Shown: piece by piece, positions 1 through 12,560 of the stretch
How the letters are laid out: each line of letters begins with the position of its first letter
Numbering within the stretch: the first letter of the stretch is position 1
Source: Camelus ferus
Taxonomy: Eukaryota
Length of the DNA: 64,000 nt
Assembly (NCBI RefSeq): GCF_009834535.1
Contig: NC_045698.1
Coordinates: 5,768,001-5,832,000, forward strand
Direction of reading: 5' to 3'
Notes under the pieces: model-generated
Told to the model about the DNA's origin: nothing
What the model saw: the letters and a program-made list of their open reading frames with translations, nothing else
The model's database searches: none
Program-made: the position numbers and the translations under genes

Positions 1-20
1 GCTTGGGTCCTTCTGCTCAC

Positions 21-73
21 CTCGTGGTTTCTGTGTTACTGTTTCCAGGCGGAGGGCTAGTGGGCTGGTATTG
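21..73 (-). other. Candidate internal exon (53 nt)
   Basis: Acceptor TTCCTCGCTTGTAG| and donor GAG|GTGAGC. Open in phase 0 (QYQPTSPPPGNSNTETT). Confidence 0.2.
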
Positions 74-574
74 CTACAAGCGAGGAACGGACTTGAAAAC
101 TCCTGCTGGAACATTCTCAGGTATCAGGCATCAGCCCTCAGTGTTTCTTTATCTGGAAGCTCATTTTGTTGCCAGCCCTTTTTTTAAAATTTTCTTATTT
201 CTATCTTGACTCACAGATCAAACACTGACTGAGGGTCTGTGATAGAGTGAGTCTATGCACCTTCAAAGGTAAATAAAACAAGGTCTCCTGGGAGGAGTTG
301 GCCACCATCCACAGAAGGGGACAGACCGGTAAACAGGTTTTCACGTCACTGGGACCATGTGATGGTGTCATATGCAGACAGTGCAGTGGTAGAACATGGG
401 TGACCTCGTCTAAGTCTGCCGTGGTCAGGGACAGCTCTCTGAGTTCTATGTTGATGTATCTGAAGGGTGAGGAGGGGCTGTCCAGGTGAAGGGAGGGCGG
501 TGACCAGGGACAGGGAGCAGCCACCCCTGTATCAAGGGGAGAAGGAGTCTGTCTTTTAGAAACTGGAAATCCTT

Positions 575-600
575 CCTCCTTCTCTCTCTCTCTCTCTTTC
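575..600. repeat. (CT)n microsatellite
   Basis: Direct reading of a tctctctc run. Confidence 0.9.
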
Positions 601-1460
601 TCGATCTCTTTCCTCCTGGCCCTGCTTTTTTGTTTAAAGATACTTTATATTTATATTAATCGTTACTTTCATCAGAAACAACGTTACATCATTATAAGTG
701 AATACAAGTATACTGATATTTTTATTGCGAGTAGTGTGATTGAAATGCTCTCTTATTTTTAAAGTCTTGGCTCAGCTTATTTTGATCCTTGGTTTTAATG
801 GTGGCTTAGCTAGAAAAATGCCTGACAAAGAAGGGTACATCCAAATGGAAGCAGTGCCTCACGGGATGCACTTCCTGAATCACGTTTCCACTTTACTCAT
901 CAAGCAGGCAGAGACCTTTGTTGAAACCTGACTGGTACATGCCCATGTTGCATCATGCCCTTCACTTTTGCAAATTCCCTTTTGCCTTTAACACATGATC
1001 AACCTGGAAAACCCAGGACTTCTGTGGAAAGAAGAAGCATCCTGTCAGAGCTCTCACAGCTCAGGAAGCAACTTCCCACACAATTCTCCCATCTCAAGCA
1101 TTTCTCAGCTGCTTCTGCTCAAAACAGGCTCCAGTTGGTTCAGATGGTGGCAGATCTGGTCCTCTGAGTCCCCAGTGGACCGGCTGATTGTGGGGGCGGG
1201 CGGGCGGGCAGGCAGCCTCTAGGTGTTCACCCTGCTCTGCCCAGGAGTTACACCCACATCACACACACACTGCAAACCCCAGTCCCCTACTCGGACCAGA
1301 GAAACCGGGAAGCAGGAAAATCAAAGGCAGAGCAGACGTGGGAGGACACAGTGGGGAGCCGGGGCGGGACAGCCGCGAGGGGAGCAGGTCCTGTGTGCCG
1401 TGGTCCCGGCGGTTTAGGAAACAGCTCGCAGTGTGCTCTCGACGCTGCTTCATTACCTAC

Positions 1461-1463
1461 CAT
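1461..1463 (-). CDS. Putative ATG-only exon end (alternative first exon or microexon)
   Basis: Minus strand reads (long pyrimidine tract)CTGTAAG-ATG|GTAGGT: a good donor in phase 0, with A at -3 of the ATG. Confidence 0.35.
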
Positions 1464-1779
1464 CTTACAGAAAAGAAAGGAAGGAAAGAAAAAGGAGGAA
1501 AAAGAAAGAAAAAATGTAGGAGGAAGAAACAAAGGACTGGTCAGTACCCAGAAGAGTGCTGGATGCTTTCGTATGTGTTGTGTTTTTAATGAATCACAAC
1601 AACCTTCGGAAAAAAGCACTGTAACCCACAGCTTGTGGCTGAGCAAACAGACTCACGGCAGAGAACAAAGAAACGCTACTTCGTGAAATTCTGGTTTCTC
1701 ATCTTTAAATGGTTTCAACAGTAATTATTAACATTAAAATATGTAAGAGGGCAATTATTTCTCCTACACTAGTGATTAA

Positions 1780-1895
1780 CATACAAATATACATACTACA
1801 CAAAAGTATGCATACTATAAATGTACATAATTATATAAGTATAAATATAAATGCATATATATATGTGCATATAAATGTATATAAATATAAATAAA
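1780..1895. repeat. AT-rich low-complexity (TA-like) tract
   Basis: Degenerate tatata/ataaat repeats. Confidence 0.8.
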
Positions 1896-3129
1896 CGTAC
1901 TGTAATAAAAAGTTCCATGTAGTTTCAGAAATAAGAGAAGAGTAAATTTACTGTTTAAACCTACAGAACTCTGGTTCCTAAAGTGGTAAAAAACTCCTGA
2001 CAGAGATGCTTCATTTATACTGATGAGTTCATCTTGCCTTTCCATAGAATATGGGACCAGTTATTTGTTGATGTATTTAAATCATAAATTGTTTATATTT
2101 TTGAGCATTTAATATAAAAATTTTAAACTAAATTAAAAATTTTCTACAGAAACTAGAAATCATTGTGTTCTCAGCCTAAAAGTCACGGCTTTTTAATATC
2201 CCTGTTTATCTTTACACGCGTTAGACAGTGTTACTTTCACGTTCAAAATATATGAAGAAGGCCAATTCGGATTTCTGACCCAGAAAAGATCAATATTAAG
2301 ATTCACAGAGTGTAATCCAAACTCCATATTGGCTCAGAAACATGGCCAAAAGTAACATCACTCTTCAATACACTGAAAGCTTGTTCCTAAAATGATGACA
2401 AACTCTTGAGAGACAAAGATGTTTAGTTTATGCTGGTGAAGCTCACCTTGCTTTGGCAGGGCTCCGAATACGACCTGATTTATTTAAATAGTGGATTTAA
2501 AGTTTTAGAGTATTTAACACAGGCTGGGTTACTACAAAAACTAGAAATCCCTGGGCATGTATTGTGCCCACAGCCTAAATTTCTCAGGTAATTAAAAAAA
2601 ACAATGATAGGAGAAGAGACAGCACGCAATTTACACCAGACTCGTTCTGAAAGTCCCCCTTCTCGGCCGGTGGCACACTTGTTTACAGGCCTGTGGGTGA
2701 TGGCCGTGGGTCGCATCACAAGAGGACATAAACTGCCTGTGGACACTCGCTGCTCTGTCCCCTCCCCAGCTGCGAACCCTGGTTCTACTGTGAGGCCAGG
2801 ACCCTCTGAGGAGCAGGGAAACATGTGCAGCTCGATCTGGGGCTCCCACACCCAGCACAAGTCCAGACCAGCACAGCCAACCTGTAGACATATACACACT
2901 ACATATACAACTTCCTAATTCTCTGAGAAGTGGCGCCCGGCGTGCTCCCAGCTCCATGTACATCAGCTTCATGATACAAGCAGGGCAGGACCTCCACCCA
3001 CCTCCTTTCCATCACTGTTCTAGGAAAGTGGAGACCTGGCATATTTGAAGGGCCACAGACTAATCAATGAGCCTGAGGCAGAGAGCTGATGGAGGGGAAA
3101 GTTAGAAAGGTGGAAATAATATTGTAAAA

Positions 3130-3600
3130 GGTCCTAAGTCCCTGATGGTGAATGTCAGGGTTTTCATGAGGAAATAATGAGTACTTAACTGTTTTGTGAA
3201 CCTGGGGGGCATGTGGTGATCACAGTGGAATTCTGAATTGGCTGCAGCAGGTTGGATAGATGTGTGTTAGGGAAAGGGAGGAGGAGGCTGGGAGGCTGGG
3301 AGGGAAGCTGCAGGGATAGTAATGAAATCGGGGTTAGTTAAGGAACAGTTGCAATGATCCAGGTATCAGGGTGGGTAGCACGTGTTGGTAGGAAGAGTAG
3401 AAATGACAGAAGGAACAGAGAACATGAAGAATTCTCCAGACGTGGAGATGGGGAATGCAGGGGAATACTGAATCAAAAGTGACTCCAGTGAAGGCAAACC
3501 CTCGGAACGTGCAAACCCCTAACACGAGTGGAGGAAATGACGATGTGATTGGCAGACCCGGGGCTGTGGGAGGAGCTGGGCAGCCTCAGTCGCTGACGTA
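3130..3600 (-). mobile_element. Old L2 LINE fragment
   Basis: Purine-rich antisense L2-like motifs such as gttgcaatgatccagg and gaatcaaaagtgactccag. Confidence 0.5.
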
Positions 3601-3979
3601 GGAGGAGGAGAGGGTCTACCCACCAGTCTGGCCCGCAGGACTGAGGTGGCCCCTGCTGGGGTCAGGAACCAGCTGGAACCCGGGATGCTGTGGGCGTGGG
3701 TAAACCGTCCAGGGGTGGAAACGGAGAAATAAGAGGGGGCCTTGTTTCTAGCCCAAGGATGCGCAATGGCACATCACAAGTGTTCAGTCAATATTTAGGG
3801 AATGATCTGATGCGTGCCATTGTTTCTAAATTCAGTCTTTTAATATTTTAGGTCTGAATAAACCTCTGCTGGCTAGGGCTGTTGGGTTGCCCACCGTACA
3901 CAGTTATGGTAATGACACCAGCAGGAACAGCCGCATCTCTTGCAGCTTCTTGCAGCTTCTAACACTCGATTTCCAAATG

Positions 3980-4860
3980 CGGGCTGTCTGCGGCGTGAGG
4001 TAACACGTCCCATTCCTGTCATTCAACCCAGAAGCCCGGGGACTAGGACCCGCCTGGCGCACAGGACAGACGGACCTCCACGCTGTTCAGCCACCTCGCC
4101 CAGCAGAGGCGGCTCTGACCACGGTCATCCCGCTGGGACTTTATAGCTGCACAGAAAGGACTTCCCTCCTTTCAAAAGATAGGAGGAAAAAAACAACCAC
4201 GAGGCCATAAAAAAGTCTACTTTAAGAATTCGAGATTGTAATGAATTTCACAAATGAACTTTATAGAAAAAAAAAAAAAGTCAACTCTCTCCGGCGAAGC
4301 TACTGCCTGTAACGGCGGATGCAGCTAAAACCCGTCGCCGGCCCGGCGCTCGGCGCGGCTGCGGCGCTGCGGTGGACCGGGCGGCGCGGGCGCCCGGGGC
4401 CCGGGGGGCGGCGGCGCGGGCGGCCAGGCTCCGGGCCTCTCCCGCCCCTGTCGGCGGGGCCGCGGGCACCAGGGCCCCGGGAGGCTCGGCCACGGGGTCC
4501 AGGGCCTCATCCGACCCCGCGGCCCAGCTTTCTCCGCACAAATGCGTCGAACGGCCCAGGGAGCCCATCCCGCCCCTGGAAGCCATACCGACTCCATTCC
4601 GCCTCCAGGGCCGGGTCCGGAGGCGCCCGGCGTCCGCCAGGGGCGCGCGCTCTCGCGGCCTCGGGTGTGTCTGCGCTCCTGTTTGGTCAGTTAGGGCCCC
4701 GTGTATTTCAAGCCAATGAAGAAACTTGGGGCTTGTGCTCAGACCTGGAGGTCTGTCTACACCCGCTAGTATGCGTGCAGAGCGGAGCCCCGGCTGGTGT
4801 CAAGGAACGTGCGATGCCCAACGTTCCAAGGAGGTGCCGTTCACCGGGAGTGGTGCTAAC
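3980..4860. promoter_or_regulatory. CpG island / promoter of a minus-strand gene (core ~4290-4680)
   Basis: Very high GC and CpG density against a CpG-depleted background. GC boxes (CCCGCC) are present, and an NF-Y-type AGCCAATGA lies at 4711-4719, about 120 bp upstream of the minus-strand ATG. Confidence 0.9.
4589..4597 (-). CDS. Putative coding part of first exon (Met-Glu-Ser) of an unidentified gene
   Basis: Minus strand reads GGCGGA-ATG-GAG-TCG|GTATGG: strong Kozak context (G at -3 and +4) followed directly by a phase-0 GT donor inside the CpG island. Confidence 0.5.
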
Positions 4861-5179
4861 ATCAGACATCAGGGCATCCTTTTATTATAAGCGTCTGTTT
4901 GTTGCTTTTAGACACCGATTTGCCTCTCTTGTCCTAAAGAAAAGACGTTTGTTGAATGAATACTCCATTCACAGAAATCTAACTGAATTATAATTCGGCC
5001 CATAGGACACATCAATATGAAGGCTGACAAAAATAAACTAACAATCACATACAAAAATCAATGCTATTATTAAGTTTGCTGTATTTATTTTTGAAACACA
5101 GAGATTCTTAATTCATAAAAACAAGTTACGGAAAATACGGAGAAATGTTTCCTGTCTCTATCTGTATGGCCTCTACCTG

Positions 5180-5345
5180 ACAAGGTTCAAGCCTCAGATC
5201 TGCCGCTTATTGCCTACAGGATCTGAAATTTGCTCATCTATAAAATGAAGATAAATGTAACTTTTATGTAGAGTAAATAAAATGTGGAATAGTATTACGA
5301 CACAGTCTGGAATGTAGTAAACATACAATAACTGTTACTATTTTA
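5180..5345 (+). mobile_element. MIR SINE
   Basis: Core-like ctcatctataaaatgaagataa and tail cacagtctggaatgtagtaaacatacaataa. Confidence 0.7.
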
Positions 5346-8099
5346 AGGTAAAGGGCCAACTGGCCTAAGATCCTGCTGAGGGAGAGACAAGTGTATGGGC
5401 GGCAAGGGCCCAGGAGAGCTGTCAGGTGAGGGGGCTGCGCTCAGGTTCTGTCCATCCCTCAGGACCAGAGGGAGCAGCCCTCCCACCCTGGCAGCTAGAT
5501 GCTGCAGGGCAGAGTCTGGCCACTGGAGTGAGGGAGGGTGGTGCAGCCCCAGCAGCACTCAGAGACGGCGAGGCCGTGGAGCTGAGGTCTGAGCTTTGTG
5601 TGGACTTTTTCTCCCTGAGACCTTCCTTATTTTCAAGAGGGCAACTTCAGACCACAGAGAAGATGTCGTCCTTGACATAATCATTATTTGTTCCATTGCT
5701 CAAAAATAAGGACATGATTTTTATGCCACTTAAAAAAACCAAAACCGAAAAACCTCTCTCAAAGTAGCCAGAACATCCACATCTAGCCTAGTAGGAAACC
5801 CTGAGCAATCCCAGGTGGAATACAGCCTTTTCCCAGAATCTCATCAGAACCCAGAATCAGAGAGAATGAAAAAGCTGGGTGCCATGCTCCTCCATCTCTC
5901 AGACACGTTTCCATTGTGAAAGGGCCAAGTAAATTTCAACAGAAGAAAAATATGATGCTACCAGCAAATTGATCCACAGGCTTCTAGCTTGGCTTCTTAT
6001 AAGGAAATGGTGGTGGGTCAGCCTTCTCCAGCTCAGCGGCTCTGAGGAGGCATCTCTGGGAAGGACTGCCTGGATCTGCGATGCCTTCTGGGACATGCAT
6101 AGTATCGGCATCTCTGAGAAGTTAGGTGACCCCTATGGGATCCAAATTTCAGAGCCCTCTTACTGTGGGCTCTGACCCCCCGAGCTAACTGGCCATGCAC
6201 AGACAGCACAAGGTGGACAGTTTTCTTTTTACCCATTTTGTAATATTTCTAGTCAGTCCTTACACAATTCAGTGTTGACCTGAAACTAATGGACATATAC
6301 AAGCTTCTTTAGGCACATTTCTATAAGAGCATAAATGAGAGTGAACCCTACAACGTAATTCAACCTTAGCCAGATTTCCACGGTGAGCACAGCACATGAT
6401 GTGTGCTAGTGGAGGGGGGGCACTGAGGGCCATCACTGAAGGGGATGTACATTAAAAATGGCCTATTTCATTTTGTTAACTTGCAAAGCCTAATTAAAAT
6501 ACTCTGACGTTCTCTTACTTAAAGCTATATACTGTTTTTAAATTAAAGGAAATAAATCTGTGCAGACTTTTCTCCCACGGCAATGCACATCAGAAGCCTG
6601 CAACTACGCTTAGCATCTTCCTTCTTTAAAAATGTTTTTCATAAGCAGAAGCAATAAACCTATAACCTCTGGGATGTCAGATCCATCCTTATTCATACAG
6701 AATGTGTGGTTGATGAAGATGGAGAAGTCTTGTTTTAGTTTATCCTAAGGCATTGGTTAAGGAATGCAACATCCGGAGAATGATGGAGAGAGGCAGCCTT
6801 CATTTCAAGAAAAACCCTCATGATCTAGAAATGTCACTGGCATTAAACTCCCAAGGGTCCTGAGCCACCTCAGAGCTCAGATGTCTTTGTGCAGATCCCA
6901 CATGGGGTCAATCTCTCTGTGCCTGGGGAGACGGTGCCTCTCAGATCCAGGGTGGCTTCAATGACTGTGAGGTTTAAGGCTTTTCCAAAGATCCCTGGGT
7001 GATCCTGTGTAGTGCCTGTTAAAGAAAGGATTCGCAGCGCTGGTGGGGTTCCCGAGGGCCAGTTCAGGAGAGAAGCTGGGAAGTTTGAGACCGGCTTTAT
7101 TGAATTATTTAAATTTCAATCCTCTTGGAGATTAGAAAACAAACTGGTGACAGTTAGGGTGTGTGTCAGAATTGCTACGCTGGAATTATAACCGTGCATA
7201 CCAACAGGTGGAGTAGTTGCTACATACTGGTTGATTTTGAAAGCCCAGAGAGTAAGAATATTACATTGCTATTGCTACTATGGCCAAGGAAACGCGAGCA
7301 AGTGGGCAGCTGGTGATGATTTACTGAAATGATCCCGTCTCCACATTCTGAGGCAAATGTAGCCACACCGACCTGTATCCTCACAACCCCACAGACCAAA
7401 GCAATCGTGTGACGATGTGGCCACCTTCCAGGGCAGTCCCGTGACCTGCCATCAAATGGGGCCTTCGTCTTCTTAGTCTGATTGCCGGTGACTTCTGACA
7501 ATGCTACCAAAAAATTATCTCAAAATAGCTTCCAGCAATTCAGTGAAACAAAACCCCTCTATTACCAAATTCCACAGCAACTCTCCCAAAATGGGATTTG
7601 ATCCTTTTTTTTGTACGTTAAGGAAATTAAGTAACATAAAACAGGAAGTCTTGTTTTGAACCGCCACCAGAAATCCCTTTCACTCCTCCTGGCAGGTGCC
7701 ATCTGAGCTCTTGCAAGGCTGTTATTTAAATAAAATGTAATAAGAAAGCATTGCCGTATTTGAACTGTCATGTTTTTCTACATAATGACATTAGTTACGG
7801 TTCCCTCTTACGTGAAGCCACAGGGCCCCCTAGAATGACTCACTCAGTATCCCAGGAATTGTACCAGCTCTCAAAGCCCAGACACACGCGGGGCTCATTG
7901 TAGATTAATTATCCTGCACGATGGGTGGGACATGGAGCTAGAGAGTATGAATCTCTGTTGAGCAAACTGTTGGCGCTCTGTGATTATACCCCCCAATTCT
8001 GTAGCCCTTCCCACCAGAGAGGGCAAGGCGGGGGCACCCTGTTACCACAAGGAGTAAGAAAACTGTGGGCTCTCACTTTCCTGGGGCAGTTCCCTGCAG

Positions 8100-8325
8100 G
8101 AAGCCCGGGCTGGGGTGTTGATGAAGGCGCCCTAGATGTGGGGGCCCAACGTGCCGGCCAAGCGTGGACCCCCGGCTCAGGGAGGACTCCCGCCGGGGCG
8201 CGGCCAGAGCTGAGGGGCCCCAGGCCTCTCCCGGGGGAGAGGGGCTGGGAGTAAGGGGCGGCAGAGGAGAAGAGGTGTTCCGTGCAGGCAGACGGGTCCC
8301 AGAGAAAGGCAAGACGGCGGATCTG
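8100..8325. promoter_or_regulatory. Small secondary CpG-rich patch
   Basis: Local CpG/GC enrichment (cccgccggggcgcggcc, ggggcgg). Confidence 0.5.
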
Positions 8326-9669
8326 ACTGGGTTTTGCTCTCACTTATCCGAAAGGTCACTTCTACTCGCCCATGGAGAGCAAGTGATGAAGGCGATGGAG
8401 ACAAAAGAGGAGTCTTACTCCAAAATCTACCTTCACATGAGAGCAAACACCAAGGGTGGGTGTTGAATGTTCACCCCTCCCATGTCTACCTGCCCCCACA
8501 GTGTTCTCCAGCCTCCTCTTCTCTCAGCTTATGGAGGGTAGTACAAGCGCCCGCCTGGACTCAGGTGCGGTTCTCTTTCCTGGGCGAGGGGAGGAACAGC
8601 ACACCAGCACAGTCCTACTCCCTCCTTCGTGAGCCCATCTCCCTGACGTCAACCCTGCTTCTTAAGGGAACTCCGCTAGGTAGTCTACCGGAAACACTGG
8701 GGGACAGCACGGACCTGTCCCTCATGGGGCCCTGAAATGGGAAGGAGGAATATAATAATTAGAACAACTGAACAGCTATTCTGATCCAAAATAAAAATCA
8801 CTTCTTATTCTACTTCCCATTCTAATGTCATGTTGTTCAAAATAGCCCATCAGTGATTCGGCAAAGAGATCCAAGTACAACATTAAGAAACTACGATAAC
8901 AAACTATATAAAGACATTTTCATGGTAAATTCCAATTGCAACTTTGAATGTTAAGCCCCTCCCAGTATTACAATTTTCACAGACATTAGAGTTCAAGAAT
9001 TAAATCCTCTTGAAAGTTAATTTCTTTAGATTAACTTTCAAGCATTTCTCCCTTGCAAGTTACACGTTCAAAGGAATTAGATTCTCATTTCTTACTCCAC
9101 TCAGTCTGCTATCCAGGGATTTTGCTGCCTTTGGGAAAGTGCAGGGATTTGCTATGGCGGCAGCCCGAACTGCTTGGTCTTATCTGATGTATCTCTTTTC
9201 CATTACGAATATTTGTTTCCATTTCCCCTGTCACTGGCTAGCCAAGTTTGGCATCAACATTTTAAACCTAGAGCCCCACTAACTACCTGTGCTCTCTGTT
9301 GCACCCAGAATCCAGCCGCCTTGCATTGTTGAAGGCACATGTGTTCTTCCCACCAATGCCTTAAAAGTGAGTAAATGGAAGAATTATATATTCCCTCTAA
9401 CTGCACTCTTGCCTCGATTATACCTGCTCACTAGACTCTGGGTGGCTCATTGGTGTCTGCTGAGGTCGCTGCAGGCAAGAGCATGTAAATATAATGGGAA
9501 TTGCTTTGCCCCTGTCATTTCAGTCAGGAACAGCAGCCTGCCCTGCCCACCGAACCTCCACCATGTGGAAGGGTCACCTCCTTAACATCCATTCTTTTGC
9601 TAAGATCCCAGTGGTATTTTCTTGAGGTTTGAGTAGCACTATCTTTGTTGAGAACAAATAAATAGCCCC

Positions 9670-9910
9670 TCACATCTCTAAGAAGCAGTCTTCAAGATGG
9701 GAGTAGACATGCAAAATATTTATTGGGAAAAACTTCAGTGAGAGTAAAGGAAAGTCAGAGTCATACGGCTATGACAGACCCTCATGAATGGAGGCTGTCA
9801 TCTAGGAAAGGAATTTCAAGGGAGAAGAGTAGACAGTCCAGAACTTGGCCCTTCAACTTCACCACTGTGGGCGGAGTGGACGAAGAGGAGCCTGGAGGGC
9901 AGGGCAGCCA
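9670..9910. mobile_element. Old ERVL-MaLR (MLT1-type) LTR fragment
   Basis: agaagcag...agatgggagtagacatgcaaaatatttattggga resembles old MLT1 LTR ends. Confidence 0.45.
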
Positions 9911-9999
9911 AAAAAGAACCAAGAGGAGTTGAGGTCACAAAAGCCAAAAGAAAAGGATGTGTTTTTTTGCAAGAATCGCAGTGAGATCAAAACCAACAA

Positions 10000-11235
10000 T
10001 GATCGTTGTACAGCATCAAGGAGAATGTTGGTGATCTGGTTTACATGCTGTCAGGCAAAATCCAGGAAAATGTGGAGATTCACGTTAAAGGAATGAGAGG
10101 CTTGTAGAGGGAGCATCGTGATGTCAAGAGGAGATGAGACCTATAGCTCGTTTAGAGGGACTGGGTGCTGATAAAAGAAGAAGCATTTAATCAGTGATAA
10201 TAGGAGGAAAGGAGAAGAGGAGTGCAGACATGAGCAGATTTGTAGGTTGGGAGGGAGCAGTAAGAGGTTTCCTATCTGGTGCCTTCTAGTCATTCTATGA
10301 ATTCTGAGGCAAGGTTCTCCACTAAGCGTCTGAGGAAGGAAAATTTATGAGATTGCCATCTGGGAGAAGAGAAAACCAAGGAGAACGGATGCAAGTAGAT
10401 TTACAAGGTAATCTTGCCCACGTGACACTTGAGATAAAGCCATCACACGGATGCCTCGCTGACAGCACGTGCTGTTTCCCCAGCCATGTCCAGTTGGTTC
10501 AGTGAAGGCCGGAGAGAGTGGCCGGGAAATTTCATTCAGCCTGGAGGGTTGTCATCCAAGTACCAAGCAAGAAAAAAAGAAGGAAGGGAATGGATTGAAA
10601 ATGAGGGATTTTAATGATGACTTTAAATTGTACAATAAAGGAAAGGAAGATCAAAAGGAGTGTGAGGAAATGAAAAGAAATCAATGAGCTAAAAATTACA
10701 TTAAGCATCAGAATCTTTGACCATTAAATATCAGACTCTTTGACCAAATGTCTTGGTAGGTAGAAGCTTGTGGCTGGCAAATGAAATGTCAGAATTTGGT
10801 ATCTGAGAGGCGTATGTTTTCTAAGGTAGGACCCTGGGAGAAGGCGCACTGAAGGGAAGGTCACTGAAGCTGAGGAGGCGTAGAGCTTCAAGGTCAATAT
10901 GTGGACGGTGCATACACAATGATTATGGGTGGTACACCTGTGTGGATATTGGAATCCAGTAATTTGCAGGAATGTAGGTAGAATGTAGATGAAGAAATGT
11001 GAACGAAATCAGTGATTCAGGGGTTCAGATTTTCAATGAAAGAAGGAAGCGACCAGGAGGACATGGCAACACTGAAGAGGAGCTAGGGTAGATTATAATA
11101 GTGCTAGTCCAGTGGGAGAAGGGTTTTTGAGGGTTGGAGGTGAAGTGATGGTCAGGAGGCAGCACAGGGAGGCAAGGAGGAACTTAACCCTTTATCCTGA
11201 CTCTTAGGTATACTGGGTTTGAGGGAAAAGTAATC
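10000..11235 (-). mobile_element. Degenerate L2 internal fragments
   Basis: Long purine-rich antisense L2-like sequence. Confidence 0.4.
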
Positions 11236-11238
11236 CTC

Positions 11239-11575
11239 TGTCGTAGCGTTTTTAGGCAGCCAATCAAAATGCCGCAGACTGGGTGGCTTATAACAACATA
11301 ATTGTATTTCTCATAGTTCTGTGTGCTGGATGGAGGTCTAAGATCAGGGCACCAGCATGGTTTGCTGAGGGCCCCATTTCTTATGCTGTCATATATGGTA
11401 GAGGAGCTAGCTAGCTCTCTGGGACCTCTTATAAGGATGCTAATCCCATTCAAAAGAGCTCCACCTTCGTGACCTAATCACTTCACCAAACCCCTTACCT
11501 CCTAATGCTATCATCTTGAGCATTAGATTTTCAACATATGAATTTTGGGGAGACACAAGCACTCAGACCATAGCA
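11239..11575 (-). mobile_element. MLT1A-like MaLR solo LTR
   Basis: Motifs cagactgggtggcttataacaac, ctcttataagg...ctaatcccattc, gacctaatcac and ttcaacatatgaattttgggg...cagaccatagca. Confidence 0.9.
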
Positions 11576-11679
11576 CCTTCCATCCGAGAAGCGGGTTCTC
11601 AGTGAACAATAAGATTTCAGAGTTAAGAACCAAAAGTTGACAGACATAATAGTACTAGAGAAGGAACAGGGTGGAGAGG

Positions 11680-11968
11680 GATGTGATATCTTGGATGGAG
11701 ACCCTGGAACAGAAAAAGAACAAAAAGTAAAAACTAAGAAAATCTTTAAAATGTATGGCCTTTAGTTAATAATAATGTAGTAATTTGGTTCATACAATTT
11801 TAACAAATTTAAATTTTGACAAATGTACATATTACTGCAGAATGTTAATAATAGGGGAAATTGATGGAGGATACATGGGAGCTCTCTGTAACATCTGTGC
11901 AATTTTTGTAAAGTTGGAATTTTTCTGTAAGTCTAAAACTGTTTCAAAATTAAAAGTTTAATTAAAAT
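11680..11968 (+). mobile_element. L1MC/L1ME-type 3' UTR
   Basis: gatggagaccctggaacagaaaaag...gttaataataggggaaa...ctctctgta...tctaaaactgtttcaaaattaaaagttt. Confidence 0.8.
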
Positions 11969-12324
11969 ATAAATCCCATGGGAAAATACTCAGTATTATT
12001 TTAGTGCATGCAACTCGTCATATGTAGACCAAACTCAACACATCAAGTTAAATATAGTCAGGAGCACGCTGTAAGATGAAAAACAATTCAAACTCCGTGA
12101 CTCTATTTCTGCACATGGGACCTCACTCTCTTCTCCTCTCACTGACTTTTCTCTGAAGACCACAGAGTCTGCGGGTAGGCCCAGGAAGTGAGGAATGGTG
12201 GAGACTCTTGACTTCGAAGATCAAAAGTGCTTTAAAAAGCCCAATCAGTCTGTGTTTGCTGATGGAGATGTGTGATGTAGCTCTCTCTATATATAAATTT
12301 ATATTTCCAAAAATTATATTCTAT

Positions 12325-12560
12325 TTCTTTGGAGGGTAATTGGAAATAACATCAAATTTATGAATGCATATAGCTTTTGATTGCATAATTTCAGTTCTGA
12401 GAACATTTTGCTGAGATTCTTAAATACCTGAGAAATGACAGTTACCTCTACAGCATTGTTTGTCACGGAAAAATATTTGAAACATCCTAAGTGTTCGTCA
12501 GTGAAGAATTAGTTAAGTAAACTTAACATGAGTTGGAATACCATGAACTATGAAAAGGAA
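12325..12560 (+). mobile_element. Old L1M 3' fragment
   Basis: gcattgtttgt...aaacatcctaagtgttcgtcagt resembles the L1 ORF2 end/3' UTR. Confidence 0.6.

Noticed and set aside
4319..4993. 224-aa plus-strand ORF (and overlapping ORFs) in the CpG island
   Set aside because: Low-complexity Arg/Gly/Pro/Ala translation typical of stop-poor GC-rich DNA, with no recognisable domain.
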